In this document: piece by piece, positions 28,667 through 43,069 of the stretch
How the letters are laid out: each line of letters opens with the position of its first letter
Position numbering within the stretch: position 1 is the stretch's first letter
Origin: the human T2T-CHM13v2.0 reference genome, Homo sapiens
Assembly: GCF_009914755.1 (NCBI RefSeq)
Contig: NC_060927.1
Direction: 5' to 3' (one strand)
Length of the DNA: 64,000 nt
The notes under the pieces: model-generated
Told to the model about the DNA's origin: nothing
The model's database searches: none
Seen by the model: only the letters and a program-made list of their open reading frames with translations
Translations under genes and position numbers: made by a program

Positions 28667-28756
28667 CAAATTAAGTTTTGCCCAGAACTCGGGTCCTTCT
28701 TCCATCTCTCTGAGGCTCGGTGGAATGTACCAAAAGCAAATATTGGCATATTCAGG
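28667..28756 (-). CDS. GADL1: GADL1 internal coding exon (90 nt, phase 0/0; probably exon 14)
   Basis: ttttttctaattctcag|CCTGAA...AATTTG|gtaagt gives PEYANICFWYIPPSLREMEEGPEFWAKLNL, containing the GAD-family N.CFWY.PPSLR motif. Confidence 0.97.
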
Positions 28757-30049
28757 CTGAGAATTAGAAAAAATATAAAGTTGTTATCTTAAGATTTATC
28801 TTAGAATGCAATGAAATACTTTTAAAACTCTTAGCTAGTTTCTTCAAGAGTTATCATGTGTATAAAATTTTAACATCAGAATCTTATAGAGTAACAATCC
28901 CTTCTGCCTTCTTGATAACATCCTATTTAAAAATTTTCTACTCCATAGCGTGCACCTAGCAGGTTCTCTTTCATCTTAAATGTGCAAAGATCAGGAAAAA
29001 ACAGTAAAGTTTGAAGCTGACTCAACCCAGCTCTGATCGTCAGTTAGTGCCTGCTTACATACATGCTCAGAGATGCCCTGGATCCTCTCTCTCCAACACT
29101 GATCCTTAAGTTATTTGCTATACCATCATAGGCTTCCAATAATTCTTCTTAAGGCAGCCAAAGTTGGCCCCTACACCTGGCAAATGCAAAAGCTTTGATT
29201 ACCTGTGAGATGATAACAGCGTGACCTGCTTGGGCTTCACTAACCAGCACTACTATGACCCTAGCCAATACTGCTTTTGAAAAAAGAACATCACCTTGAC
29301 TCCCGGCTCTCGAATATCAGTAAAAGTGCGAATTAGCTAGGGGACCTATTCAAAATGTAGATTCTCATAGGAACTCAGGTTCCTATGTTCAAAATGTCCA
29401 ATGTCTAAGTCCATCCTAGAAAAGGCTAAAGAATTGGCATTTTATGAAGCATGTCAAGTGATTCTGAAGCGGGCAGTTTATGTTCTATCAGAAACTCTCA
29501 TCTACACTAAGTAATCATAACCCAGTTATCTTCCCTGCCAGTCTGTTTTTCTATCAGACATGACTTGCTTAAACATGGGACTGTATTGTAACAGGCTTTA
29601 GCCCAGCCTTTGTCACGCAGACAAGGCTTTGTCCTCACTGGACAAAAACATAGGAAATGCGATGACTACTCAATGACTAGGAGATCTGGGACATTATGTT
29701 GGGGGTTCACAAATTAGACATATAGAATTGTATTCAGGAAAGATTGTGTCATATGCATCTTCCTCATTTGATGCTTCACACTGACAATATTTGAACTGAT
29801 TTTCATTTTCTGCCATAAACAGTTTGTAATAACCAATGTTGCAACAGTTCTCAATAACTGTCAGAATTATGCTCCAGTATATAAAGTTTCAAAGCATTTC
29901 ATCAAGAGGAAAGACCCATCATCTCATATCTTAATAAAAAGTAGTTTAAAATGAAACACTGTAATTCAACTCAATTTTCACAAACATCTATTGAGACTAC
30001 AGTCATTCTTACAAATCTACACAATTTATACCTGGATCTCTGAAGTATT

Positions 30050-30092
30050 GAAAGTAATGGCAAAAACCACAATGACTTTTGCAGCAACCTAA
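30050..30092. mobile_element. MADE1 (Hsmar1 MITE) half element
   Basis: aaagtaatggcaaaaaccacaatgacttttgcagcaacctaa followed by TA. Confidence 0.75.
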
Positions 30093-30234
30093 TATAATAG
30101 ATTTATCTAGGATAGACTGTACTGAACTCCCAAATTCTTTGAGCATTTAATGTGAACACATTTTTCAAATGAAGTAACTATACCTGACTAGAAAGTAGAA
30201 GAAAAATATAGTAATTATCTGTCACTAGATTGTG

Positions 30235-31065
30235 TTATGTCAGTTATCAATTTATTGCCTCTCAGCCAGAAATCTACCCTTTTTGAGTGTCCTAAAATAA
30301 TGTAGGTGGACTCTGCAGATATTTCTCCCATGACATGTGGTCCAATCTTAGACTTTGTCAGCAGAGGGTGCTGGAGAGACACTGGAGAAGGAAGGAATGC
30401 TTTCCTGGTGTGGTGTGCTCACTTTCATGGGTCTCCTACAGAATCTGTGGTTCATTTCAGCAGTACTGGTGACCAGAAACATAAGTACACCCCCACCCAT
30501 CTACCCCAGTAGCTTCCCCCAGTACACCCCTTTCAGGTGGCATCACGTGGCATCACAGCAGACAGGCAGCAAGTGGAGAGCCCATAAATGGCTTTTCCTG
30601 GCATACTCCCCTCAGGTGGTTTCAAAGGAGAGAGATGCCAGCTAGGCACCTTGCCTTGGATGACTTCTCTGGCACTCCTTCTAGGTAGCTTGCAGTGATT
30701 TCCAAGTTGTGGCATGGCCCCTGTAGATGGCTTCCCTCAGCTCAGCACTCCAGACTAGATTTCTAGTGAGTACCACCAATGTAACATCTCAGTAAACTTT
30801 TCTGCTATCCCATGAGCCAAGGTCATACTCTCTCTGAAGAGGTCTAGACCTCAGTCCTGGGAAGGGATGGACTCTCCCTTGGGCGCTCTATCTCAGTGCC
30901 AGGTGTGGTGGCTGCTCTCTATATCAGCTACTCCTGTTCATTTTTAGGTTTTTCATTCTCTATGAGGCAATCCTCCATTACTCCAATCCCTTGCTAATAA
31001 TTATTGATATTACACTTTCCCACTTTACCATGCAGTTCTTGTCTTCTGAGTGGACTCTAATATGT
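30235..31065 (+). mobile_element. ERVL solo LTR (LTR41-like)
   Basis: tgtcagttatcaatttattgcctctcagc...aaatctacccttt start; tggactctaata end. Confidence 0.55.
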
Positions 31066-32079
31066 CACCAAATTTGTTATTCCCTTTCATTTGCATAGGA
31101 ACATTACAAAACAGTTTACGATGTTTTATCTATTATGGGTTCTATATTTTACAAGTTAGGACTTAGATCTGATTCCTTTTGCCCAAACAGAAACTTACTA
31201 AAAAATGCAAAAGGTCTATCACTAAGCACTTTTAGAATGGAATGGCTTCAGTGCTACAACATTTGAAAGCTTATAAAGCCCTTCTGACACTTCACTTCAT
31301 TGGAAGAAATTTGATGTTTCATTTGGAATATCTTTGCTTTGGTCATTTCCAAAATTAAGAGTTGAAAAAGTCTTTGAATTTTTGCAAAAATATATTTGAC
31401 TTTTTCCTGTCTCTGCCTCTGTAGCTTGTATTTTACATAATTCTTAAAGAGACTTCAAAGCACTAATGAGTATTTTCAGAGTAAATCATTTGTATACCCC
31501 TTAATTTTAATTGCCTACATATGTGAAAGTCTGACTTCTTGGGTGTCCTGAGAACACATTTAGTCTATGTTCTAAAATCCACAAAATTAGGAAGGTATTT
31601 ACAGGAGTCCAAGTATCTAGTGAAGGGTACAAAAACTCTGGAGCAGCAAGTGCATTGTCATAATCTTTAAAAAATTCATGATAAAGGAGTAATGTGCCAT
31701 TAAAGAATGAATACATTCTATACCGGTTTTCAAACAAAAAACATTCTAAAGTTCTTTATCAATTTCAGGAAGAATTATTTAGCAAATTTTGAGACCATTT
31801 GGGAAAGAAATTAGTGGTCACTAAGGTAGCAGCTCACGTTCTCTAAAACTGAGTTATGTCAAAAGAAATTCATCTCCTTTGCTTTACAATGTCATTAGAT
31901 CAGAATAATAGGTAACAAAAGCTAAAGCTAGCACTATTCTGTTTTAATAAATGTAAATGCAGAATCCAGCACACAGATTCAAACAATCATGCAAATATAG
32001 AGTGAAGGAAAAGCTGGAATGGTGAATTTTAATTGACTTCAAGCTTATAGGTGTTAAGATTAGACTATTGAAAAATTTC

Positions 32080-32320
32080 AAAGGCAGCACTGGATAGCAA
32101 AAAAGCCTAAGTTTTGGAGTTGCAAGGATGTGGCTTTGAATTTCAACTTCATCAGATCTTTGGGATGAGTATCAAACTTTCTGTTTCTGCTTCCTAAACT
32201 ATAAAATGTAGATGATGTCTGCCCCACAGGGTTGGTTTGATGATTAAAGAGAAAACGTGTTTTCAAAATTTAGTACCGTGTCTGGCACACAGCAAGCACT
32301 GGTCAGTTAGTGACTATTAT
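32080..32320 (+). mobile_element. MIR
   Basis: ccccacagggttggtttgatgattaaa...gtgtctggcacacagcaagcact. Confidence 0.65.
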
Positions 32321-32539
32321 TTGGGGCCATAATGGCAAAAAGAGATGTCTTTTAAAGTGGATGAGTAGCTCCATTAAAATGTGCACTAGTGAGGTACATC
32401 ACTATGTTAATTTCTTGGTACTATATTTGAAGGGAAACATTAAGAAATAATGTCCAGCGAGGGGTAACCAAGCTGTTCAAATTAATAAGCAAAGCTTTCT
32501 ATGTTATAGATATTGACTAGGCATCAGGACAAGAAAATG

Positions 32540-33420
32540 ACACTTTCTGAACTTGGAATGAATAGAGGACAGGGTGTACTGAAGAGAGGTGAAGCTAGAA
32601 ACGAAGATGGGAGTCATGTCATGAAGGACTTCTCGTATGATGTACTTGGAAGCTTGGGCTTGATTCTAGAGGAACATGGAGTCACTGGAGAGTTTCACTA
32701 TAGGAAATAGATCTCATCTTTGAAAAGCTGCTCTAGCAGCAGTGTGGCAGTTAGGCTGGAGGGATCTAAGACTGGAAGTGGGACACAAGTTAGCAGACAG
32801 TACCTAGATAGTACCAACCTGAAGAGTGATGAGATCTTGAACTAAGGCAGTGGCTTTGGGAGTGGAGAAGACTAAGCATTCAAGATATACTTAGCGGGGA
32901 AGAAAAGGAGATAGTAAAAACATCAAGATTTTTGGTTAGTGGATCATAGTTCTAATGACCAAAAGAAGAAAGTAGAATTTTGGTAAGGAAAATACTACAC
33001 TTAAGTTTTTAGAAATGTTGAATTTGAGGTGTCTGTGGCATCTAGGTGAAAATTTCAGGAAATATTCATATACAAAGGCCTGGAGTTTAGGAGCTAAGTT
33101 GAGGATGAAGACATACAAAGAGGCTATTGATAACAAAGTTCTGAATGTGAAGACATTTCAGGGAGACTGTGGCCAAAGACAAAGTGTTAGAAGAATATTT
33201 AAGGGAGTGCCCTGATGAAAAGTCCCTTACATGGAGACTGAAAAGAACAAGTCACATGGAAAAGAGAAATTGGGAAAGGAAATCAAAGAAACTAAGACAG
33301 GGGAGACTATCAAGAGATGGAGTGATGAATGGGTAACATACAATGCTACAGAATTTCAGCAAGATGAAGATTAAAATAATGTGCTTTGGATTTAGCAATT
33401 AGGAGGTAGTTATATAGTTT
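32540..33420 (-). mobile_element. L2 fragment
   Basis: atgttgaatttgaggtgtctgtggcatctaggtg...ggcctggagtttaggag...ttggatttagcaattaggaggt. Confidence 0.65.
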
Positions 33421-35199
33421 TATTAGATTACAAGATAACAATGTAAGAAAAATCACAATGTGCTTGATACATATTAGTAGGTTCACTATTAGAACATGAA
33501 TAATTAGAGCTATCTGGAAGAGGAATGAACTAGTGAATTCTCTGCAAATAGGAAGTATTCAATCACAGGTTGACCACCTGTTAACAGATACATTAAGACA
33601 GGTTTGCTGCATTGTGCAGGAAGTTGACTATATGTCCTCGAAGATCTTCTATAACTCAGTTGATGAAACATTAATAACTCCTCCTAGTGTAGACCTTGAG
33701 AAAAGAAAAAGTTGAATAATTAGGACTCTCCCAAGAGATAAAAAATAAAATATGTGAATTGACAGTGTAAGAATGAATATACCTCTAGGAAAACATCTAT
33801 TAGATCTTAGATCCAACACAGAAAAATAGAGATGATTTTCAGGGGCCTATGAATAATTCAGAATTCACTTAAAATAATACATTTCTTGAAGATGATTGAA
33901 AGTTATTTTTATTCTTTCCAGGAAAAAATACTCAAGTACTGGGTATTGTCTTGTTATGTTCACTTACAATTTCCAATGTTCCACTTTCTCCTTGCTGTTA
34001 GACAACAGTGACACATACTCTCTCAAATACATGTACATATACATATATAGACATACAAATGCATATAAGCAAAAAGACTATCAACTTTATATGTGACATT
34101 CAGGGTCTAATTCTGCTTTATTCTCAGTGTAATAAAAAAAGCGGCAAATGCAGATCACATACAAAAATCCTTACACCAGGAATTCTGGAAAACCATTTAG
34201 AAAACCACCTGCACTGCTTGTGGGCCAGCTGGCTCCCACAGATGAAAAAATCCAGGGGCAGAAGGCTGACTAAAATCCCACCTTAGCTTTCATTGCAAGG
34301 ACATGAGTGTTTGCAATTTCCTAATGACGATGGTAAGTGGTTTTTCTTTTCTAAGACTTTAGGAAGAATATATAAAGAACTTTTTAATCGGCCCATCTTT
34401 TTTCTCATCACTTCCAGCTCTGTCAAAAGACTGTACAGTTTCAAGGTGTATAGGACTTTTCATAAGCACTATAGCTCCCAACACCAGAGAAAATAACACA
34501 ACTCAAATTGAGAAAATAGAGGAAACTCAAACCCGAGAAAATATAAAGTGATCAAACTCAATTCAAATAGGACTGCTGTTTCTCCCATACATGCTTAGCT
34601 ATCCACCACTAAAAACTATAGACATTTTCTTACATGTTTATAATGCCATTATGCCTCACAAAATTGACAATTCCTTGACACCATCTAATAGCCAGTTCAT
34701 ATTCAAAACTCCCCAACTGTTACAAGAATTACTTTTTACAGTTGGCTTGTTCAAACTGGGATTTCAACAAGGTCCATATGCCTTATTTGGTTATGCCTCT
34801 TCGGTCTCTTTGAACCTAAAGAGATTATCACTACTCCCTCTGTTTTCCTCACATCACCGGCCTGTTGAAAGAAACCAGGTTGTTCTGCAGAACTTCTCGC
34901 ACTCTAAATTTGTTGTCTTTATAGTACTACCAGAAAGTTGTTTAATTTTTAATCATTTTGGTATGCATGCAAGATCTTCCATATGTCTAGCTTTCTAGCA
35001 CTTTGGAAGCTTAGAACTTTCTAGTCTGATGCTTCCTTTGTAGATACTAGGGGAATCCATGCTCTAGATTCTCTGGAAAGTATTTCCCAAACTTCCCTGA
35101 GGACTATTGTCATATTTCACTTTGGCTACTAAAAACAGTTTCCAAGTTTGTCTTGCTTATTTTTCTCTTGTCCTCTTCACTATTGCTTTTTCAACATTC

Positions 35200-36176
<977 letters not shown>

Positions 36177-36839
36177 TAGCACAGGTTCCAAGACTGGAAT
36201 CTCTAGGTTATTTTTACATTAGGTTAAAAACTGCTATAATACATATACTATAACAAAATCTAAGAAGTTTGCAATTTATATTTCTTAAAAACCAGAATTA
36301 CACATTAAATATTTATATTTTCTAAACATGTTTTAGAAAAAAATATTCTCTACATTTGTAACCACCTAATTTCTTACACATAGCAAACAATCCAACATCA
36401 GCAAAATGACTTATTTTCCCATTGCTCCAAAGCTAATATGCTCATTATTTTATAAAAAGAGAAAACTGTATGCAGTACTGTACATTCACTTAATTGATTT
36501 TTCACATGCAGGCACCACTACATCACAGATGAATATTTGCAGTACAATCATGCAATTTATATACCAAGATAGAGGTCATAATTTATTCAATATTATCCTT
36601 GGTAATTATTATTGAGCATTTTAATTTTCAATACTTAAAGGCAAGTATATTCTGTGAATCCAACAAAGGAAAAGTACTCACTAATAGAGTAAATTAACAT
36701 AATAGACTATGAATTAAGCTAATGACTTGTTTTTAACTCTGCAACACAAAAACCAATGAAACATATAACAGATAAGAAAATTACCACCTTCATCACTGTT
36801 AACTGACAAAATCACAAGCACAATTATGCAATCACTTAC

Positions 36840-36891
36840 TTCCATCAGTAACTTGAATCCTTCTCTTTTCTTGATTTCATCTACTAGGTAC
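36840..36891 (-). CDS. GADL1: GADL1 internal coding exon (52 nt, phase 2/0; probably exon 13)
   Basis: taattttag|G TAC CTA GTA...ATG GAA|gtaagt gives (R)YLVDEIKKREGFKLLME. The phase completes the AG left by the previous exon. Confidence 0.97.
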
Positions 36892-37401
36892 CTAAAATTA
36901 AAAGTCACAATAATATTTATAATCTGCAATGTAAAAGTGTCATGAACATGACTGATATGACAAAACTGATTCAGACAGGGCTTGGAGATAAGAAAGATAC
37001 AGATAAAGGTCAAGGAACAGGCAGAGCTATGGATAGATAAATACTCCAGACCTACTGTAATTTCCTTGGCCTGAGTAAAAGGATGCATCTTTTTGATGAT
37101 GATATCTATCTCACATGTTAGCATCAGGCTTTAACCCTGGTGTGAAAAGCCAGATAAAGCAGGCTGGATATATATCTCTGAACATGTGGGTCTTACATTC
37201 ATACTGTAAATGGGGGATTTAACCATAGGTACTTACATTAAATAGCTGGCTTGGAGGAAAGAGTTTTTTGTTTTGTTTTGTTTTGTTTTTGGTGTCTAAT
37301 CCTGCTTGTAAGTTCACTTAAAATCAAGAAAGATCAACATAATCTTTTCTAAGTCCAGCACAGAGAGGAGGACTGATAATCAGTATCATGTTAAAAGTAG
37401 G

Positions 37402-37690
37402 CTGATTATCCTCAGCAAACTAACACAGAAACAGAAAACCAAACACTGCATGTTCTTGCTTATAAGTGGGAGCTGAACAGTGAGAACACATGGACACAGG
37501 GAGGGGAGCAACACACACTAGGGCCTGTCAGGGGAGGATGAGGGGAGAGTATTAGGGAAAAGAGCTAATGCATGTGGGGCTTAATACCTGGGTGGTGGGT
37601 TAAGTGCAGCCAACCGTGGTACATGTTTACCTAGGTAACCTGCACATCCTGCGCATGTACCCCAAAACTTAAAAAATACAAGAAAAAAAA
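37402..37690 (+). mobile_element. 5'-truncated L1PA 3' end
   Basis: attatcctcagcaaactaacacag...gtgggagctgaac...aacctgcacatcctgcgcatgtacccc plus A tail. Confidence 0.88.
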
Positions 37691-38728
37691 TTACCTGAAT
37701 ATGAGGGGAAAAAAGTGGGCTGTAGCCATTGATATAATATCTATAAAGTCATTTTGAATGTTGGGGGAAAGAGAATTGTCACACCTAAGTAAAGGGCATA
37801 GATGAAATATGGAATATGAGTGAGAAAAGACTAAAACAACATTGAGAACATGGTGCCCTATATGATATTGACTCCTCTCTTCTAGGCTTGGCTTTTGTCT
37901 GTACCAAAAGAGAAGTCTGAAATGGCTGGCCTTGAAAACTAGTGATTCACGAGCCTTTGAAATATTCACAACACTTGACCCAGTACTTCAAATCTAGGAC
38001 TCAAACATAAGGAAATAATAGAGACGCTGACAGAAATGTGTTTGTCAGAGCATTTATTGTGATTTTTATATATAATAGCAAAAAATCACACCGAACATCA
38101 GGAATGCCTTTGAAAACTAGATTCCAGTAATAGTTATGATCCTATGATCATGTCACTAAATCATAAATATTCAACTAATATTTAAAGACACAACCATGCT
38201 CCTCTTGGGCCTCAAGTCTCTTACCTGTAAAACTGGACTAATACAATCTTCTTCAATTTGAAATGGTTTTTTAAAATAATAAACATAAATGCAGACTATA
38301 AAAACTGGAAAGGGATTATTACGTCATTTTAGGAAGGCCATTCTATAATGTGAATATGGAATACACTAGTTTTTAAGATGTTCCTTTTTGCAAATTTATA
38401 CAGCTTTTTATATTAAAATATTGATGTTTGTATATTTCAAAGATATTATCTATATGCAATTGTATTAAAAATTGTCAATATTAACTAGTAATATGGGAAT
38501 CCTTGAGCGATAACGTGAGCATACACATGGGCACGTATGCTCACAAAGTACCAGATGTTCTACATATGCCATTCTCTGAACACTTTTTCAGAAGACATGT
38601 AGCTATAAAGTTTTTAAACCATCTATCACACTGGCTAGCTTTCATAAAAAGCAATTCCATTGCTCAACAGATATCAGAAAAGTTATTCAAAATCAGTAAT
38701 AATCAAAGAAGTGCAAATTAAAACAATA

Positions 38729-41034
38729 TAGGCATCCCTCGGGGGTATTGTAGGTTTGGTTCCAGAACACTACAATAAAGTGAATGCTGCAGGAAAGTTC
38801 CTCAGTGTATATAAAGGTTACATTTACAGTATACTGTAGTCTGAGTTTACAATGGCATTATGTCTAAAACACAATGCACATGCCGTGACTAAAAATACCT
38901 TATTGCTAAAAAGCGCTAAGGATTATCTGAGACTTCAGTGAGTTGTAATCTTTTTGCTGCTGGAGGGTCTTGCCTTGATGTTGGTTGCTGACTGATCAAA
39001 AGGCTGAAGGTCGGGGTGGCTGGGACAATTTCTTACAATAAGGCAACAATGAAGTTTGCCACATTGCCTGACTCTGCTTTCACAAAAGATTTCTCTGTAG
39101 TAGGCAATGCTGTTTGAAAGCATCTTACCCACAACAGAACTTCTTTCAAAATTAGTCAATCCTTTCAAACCTTGCTGCTGCTTTGCCAACTAAGTTTATG
39201 TAATATTCTATATCCTTTGTTATCCTTTCAACAATATTCACAACATGCTCACTGAGTAGATTTCTTCTCATGAAACCACTTTCTTTGCTCATCCATAGGA
39301 AGAGGCTCCTCATCCATTCAAGTTTTATCATGAGACTGCAGCAATTCAGTCACATCTTTGGGCTTCATTTCTAATTCTATTTCTCTTGCTGTTTTCACCA
39401 CATCTTCAGTGACTTCCTTCCCTGAAGTCTTATACCCCTAAAAGTCAACCATGAGAGTTGGAATTAACTTATTCTAAATCCCCATTATTAGTATTTTGAG
39501 CTCCTATGAGTCATCAGTGTTTTCAGTGGTGTATAAAAGGGTAAACCCATAAAATTTTCAATTCACTTTGCCCAGATCTATCAGAGGAATCACTGATATC
39601 ACGGCTATAGCCTTACAAAACACATTTCTTAAATAAGACTTGAAAGTCTAAATTACTCCTTGATCCATGAGCTGTAAAATGAATGTTGTGTTAGCAAGCA
39701 TGGAAACAATATTAATCTCCTTGTACATCTCCATCAGAGCTCTTGAGTTACTAGGTGCGTTGTCAATGAGCAGTAATATTTTGAAAAGAATCTTTTTTTC
39801 TGAGCAGTAAGTCTCAAGTCTCAACAGTGGGCTTCAAATATTCAGTAAACCATGCCATAAAGAGATGTGCTGTCACAGGCTTTGTTCCACTTAGAGTACA
39901 GGCAGAGTAAGTTTAGCGTAAATCTGAAGAGTCTTAGAATTTTCAGAATGGTAAATGAGCATTGACTTCAACCTAAAGTCACCAGCTGCATTAGCTCCTA
40001 ACAATAGATTCAGCCTGTCTTTGAAGCTTTGAAGACGGGCATTGACTTCCCTCTGGTCATGAAACTCATAGGTGGCAGCTTCTTCCAATATAAGACTGAT
40101 TTGCCTACATTGAAAACCTGTTTAATGTAGCCACATTCTTCAGTGATCTTAGCTAGATCTTCAGCATAACTTGCTCAGTTTCTCCATGAGCATTTGCTGC
40201 TTCAACTTGCACTTTTATGTTATGAGACAGCTTCTGCACTCGAACCTCATGAACCAACCTCTGCTAGCTTCCAACTTTCCTTATTCATCTTCCACACCTC
40301 TCTCAGCCTTCATAGAACTGGAGAAAGTTAGGGTCTTGCTCTGAATTGGGCTTTGGCTTAAGGCAATGTCATGCCTGCTTTGATCTATCCAGAACTCTAC
40401 AACCTTCATAGCAGCAATAAAGTTGTTTCGCTTTCTTATTATTCATGTATTCACTAAAGTAGAACCTCTAATTTCCCTCAAGAACTTTTCCTTTGCATTC
40501 ATAACTTGGCTATTTGGCAAAAGAGGCCTAACTTTGTCTGTCTTGGCTTTTGGCATGCCATCCTCACTAAGCTTTAACCATTTCTAGATTATTTGAAGTG
40601 ACAGACATGTGACTCTTCCTTTCATTTGAACACTCAGGCCATTGTAGAGTTATTAGTTGGCCTAATTTTGATATTGCTGTGTCTCAGGAAATTGGAAAGC
40701 CTGAAGAGGAGAGAGATGGGAATGGCCAGTTGGACAGCAGTCAGAACACACTCAATATTAAGTTTTCCAGCTTCTATGGGTGCATTCTATGGAGCCCCAG
40801 AACAATTTACAACAGTAACATCAAACAGAACTGATGACTCAAACATTTTTATTATGAGAATTACCAAAACATAACACAGACATATGAAGTGAGCACATGC
40901 TGTTGGGAAAATGGCACTTGATAGACTTGCTCCATGCAGGATTACCACAAGCCCTCAATTTGTAAAAACAACAAAACCCCCAAAACACAATATCTGGAAA
41001 ATAAGGTTAAGCACATAAAATGAAGTATTTCCTG
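38729..41034 (-). mobile_element. Near-full-length Tigger1 DNA transposon with a dead pogo-type transposase, nested in an old L1
   Basis: TIR-like ends taggcatccctc / gaagtatttcctg flanked by TA. ORF remnants [28 protein letters not shown] (39891-40088) and NFERSSVVGKMLSNSIAYYREIF (38935-39189). Confidence 0.9.
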
Positions 41035-42189
41035 TATTAACCATGTTTCCCAATGATACCAGAAATAAATTTTAGAGTGACAACATCCAGTGGTGGTAAG
41101 AATATGATAGAAAGTTGCTATAAACCTTTTAAGTAATACTCATATCTTATCAAGCAAACCAGTTTTGAAATGCTGGTCTACAAAGAAAAAAGTTATCAAT
41201 ATCAAGGATAGATATAACAGCATATATGTGCACATATATTTATATGTACTATCTAAATGTCTGTACTGTGGGTATATAGGTATATTCCATACAAAATAAC
41301 TAGAAACAAGATTAATATTCATAAGTAGGGAATTAAAATGCGGACTATAGCAACATAATGTAATATGCAGCTATTAAAATGAATGAATTATATCCACTTA
41401 AAGCACAGGATGATCATGATAAATTAGTAAAAGATAAAAGTGAGGTTCTGAGAAATGGGGATGATTTGATTCAATTTTTACACTTTTTTTTTTTAAATCT
41501 CTATCCACATGTATATACAAAGTATGGAAGGATACGTCATAAATTGTTTACCTGAGGGAGGGGGAAACAAGATGCAATGAGGGTGTGTGGTTTTCCATTC
41601 CCTTTTTATATCTCCTTTCAAAGTTTCATACATGTGGTTACTTATATAGTTTTTGAAAAAGAACTTAAAAATACAAAACAAATAGATGAATATACTTCCT
41701 ACCTATAGGAGAAAAGCTTTGTGAACCATCCTTTTTCTCCCTTTTCAGGCACAAATGTACTGGCAATCTGTTAACTCAAAAGCTTGTTATGATTTCATCC
41801 TGAACTGAGCCTATGAAGAAAGCTTTCTCCAGAAATCTTGGGAATAACTTTAGAAGATTCTAATTGTGCAGCTAAATAACTTTGTGAGTCTAGGCAAATT
41901 CCTAAGCCTTCCTGAGCCTGCCTCCACTTCCTCATGCACGTAAAGATGTACAAAAAAATTGGTAAAATCCTTCCCTTACAAGTTATGGCTACACAAAACT
42001 TGCATGTATTAACCATAGTATCATTTTAAAATGCTTGTCAAACTGGCTAAATGTGCTCCTAGAGGAAAGGCATCCTAAAACAGAGCTGAATTATTTCTGT
42101 TAAAACTCTTTTTGCTAACCATGTAGATCTGGGCTTTGTGTTGGGGTAATGTTCCTATCGCAGTCACTTTCAGAGCCTGTAAAGCCCAG

Positions 42190-42551
42190 TGATATGGTTT
42201 GGCTGTGTCCTCACTCAAACGTCATCTTGAATTGTAGCTCCCATAATCCCCATGGGTCATGGGAGGGACCTGGTAGGAGGTAATTGAATCATGTGGGTGG
42301 GTTTTCTCATGCTGTTTTCATGACAGTGAATAAGTCTCTCAGGATCTGATGGTTTAATAAAGGGCAGTTCCCCTGCAGATGCTCTTACCTGCTGCCATGT
42401 AAGATGTGCCTTTGCTCCCCTTTCACCTTCTGCCATGATTGTGAGGCCTCCCCAGCCACATGGAACTGTGAGCCCACTGAACCTCTTTTTCTTTATAAAT
42501 TGCCCAGTCTCAGGTATGTCTTTACTAGCAGCATGAGAACGGACTGATACA
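42190..42551 (+). mobile_element. THE1C-like solo LTR (antisense to GADL1)
   Basis: TGATATGGTTTGGCTGTGTCC...GGACTGATACA with perfect 5-bp TSD CCCAG. Confidence 0.92.
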
Positions 42552-42738
42552 CCCAGTGTAACACTCCAGCTGAGTTGAAAGTAGAGGTGATTTTGAGGCA
42601 AGAGGAGATGCAGCTATTACTATAACAAAGGTCTTACACCAGAGTTTTCAAACTGTGATCCGTGGTATACCACCTTAATAGGTTTTCCACATAAAAAGTC
42701 CCACTATCAAATAAGTTTGAACACTGCTAGGCATATCA

Positions 42739-43069
<331 letters not shown>

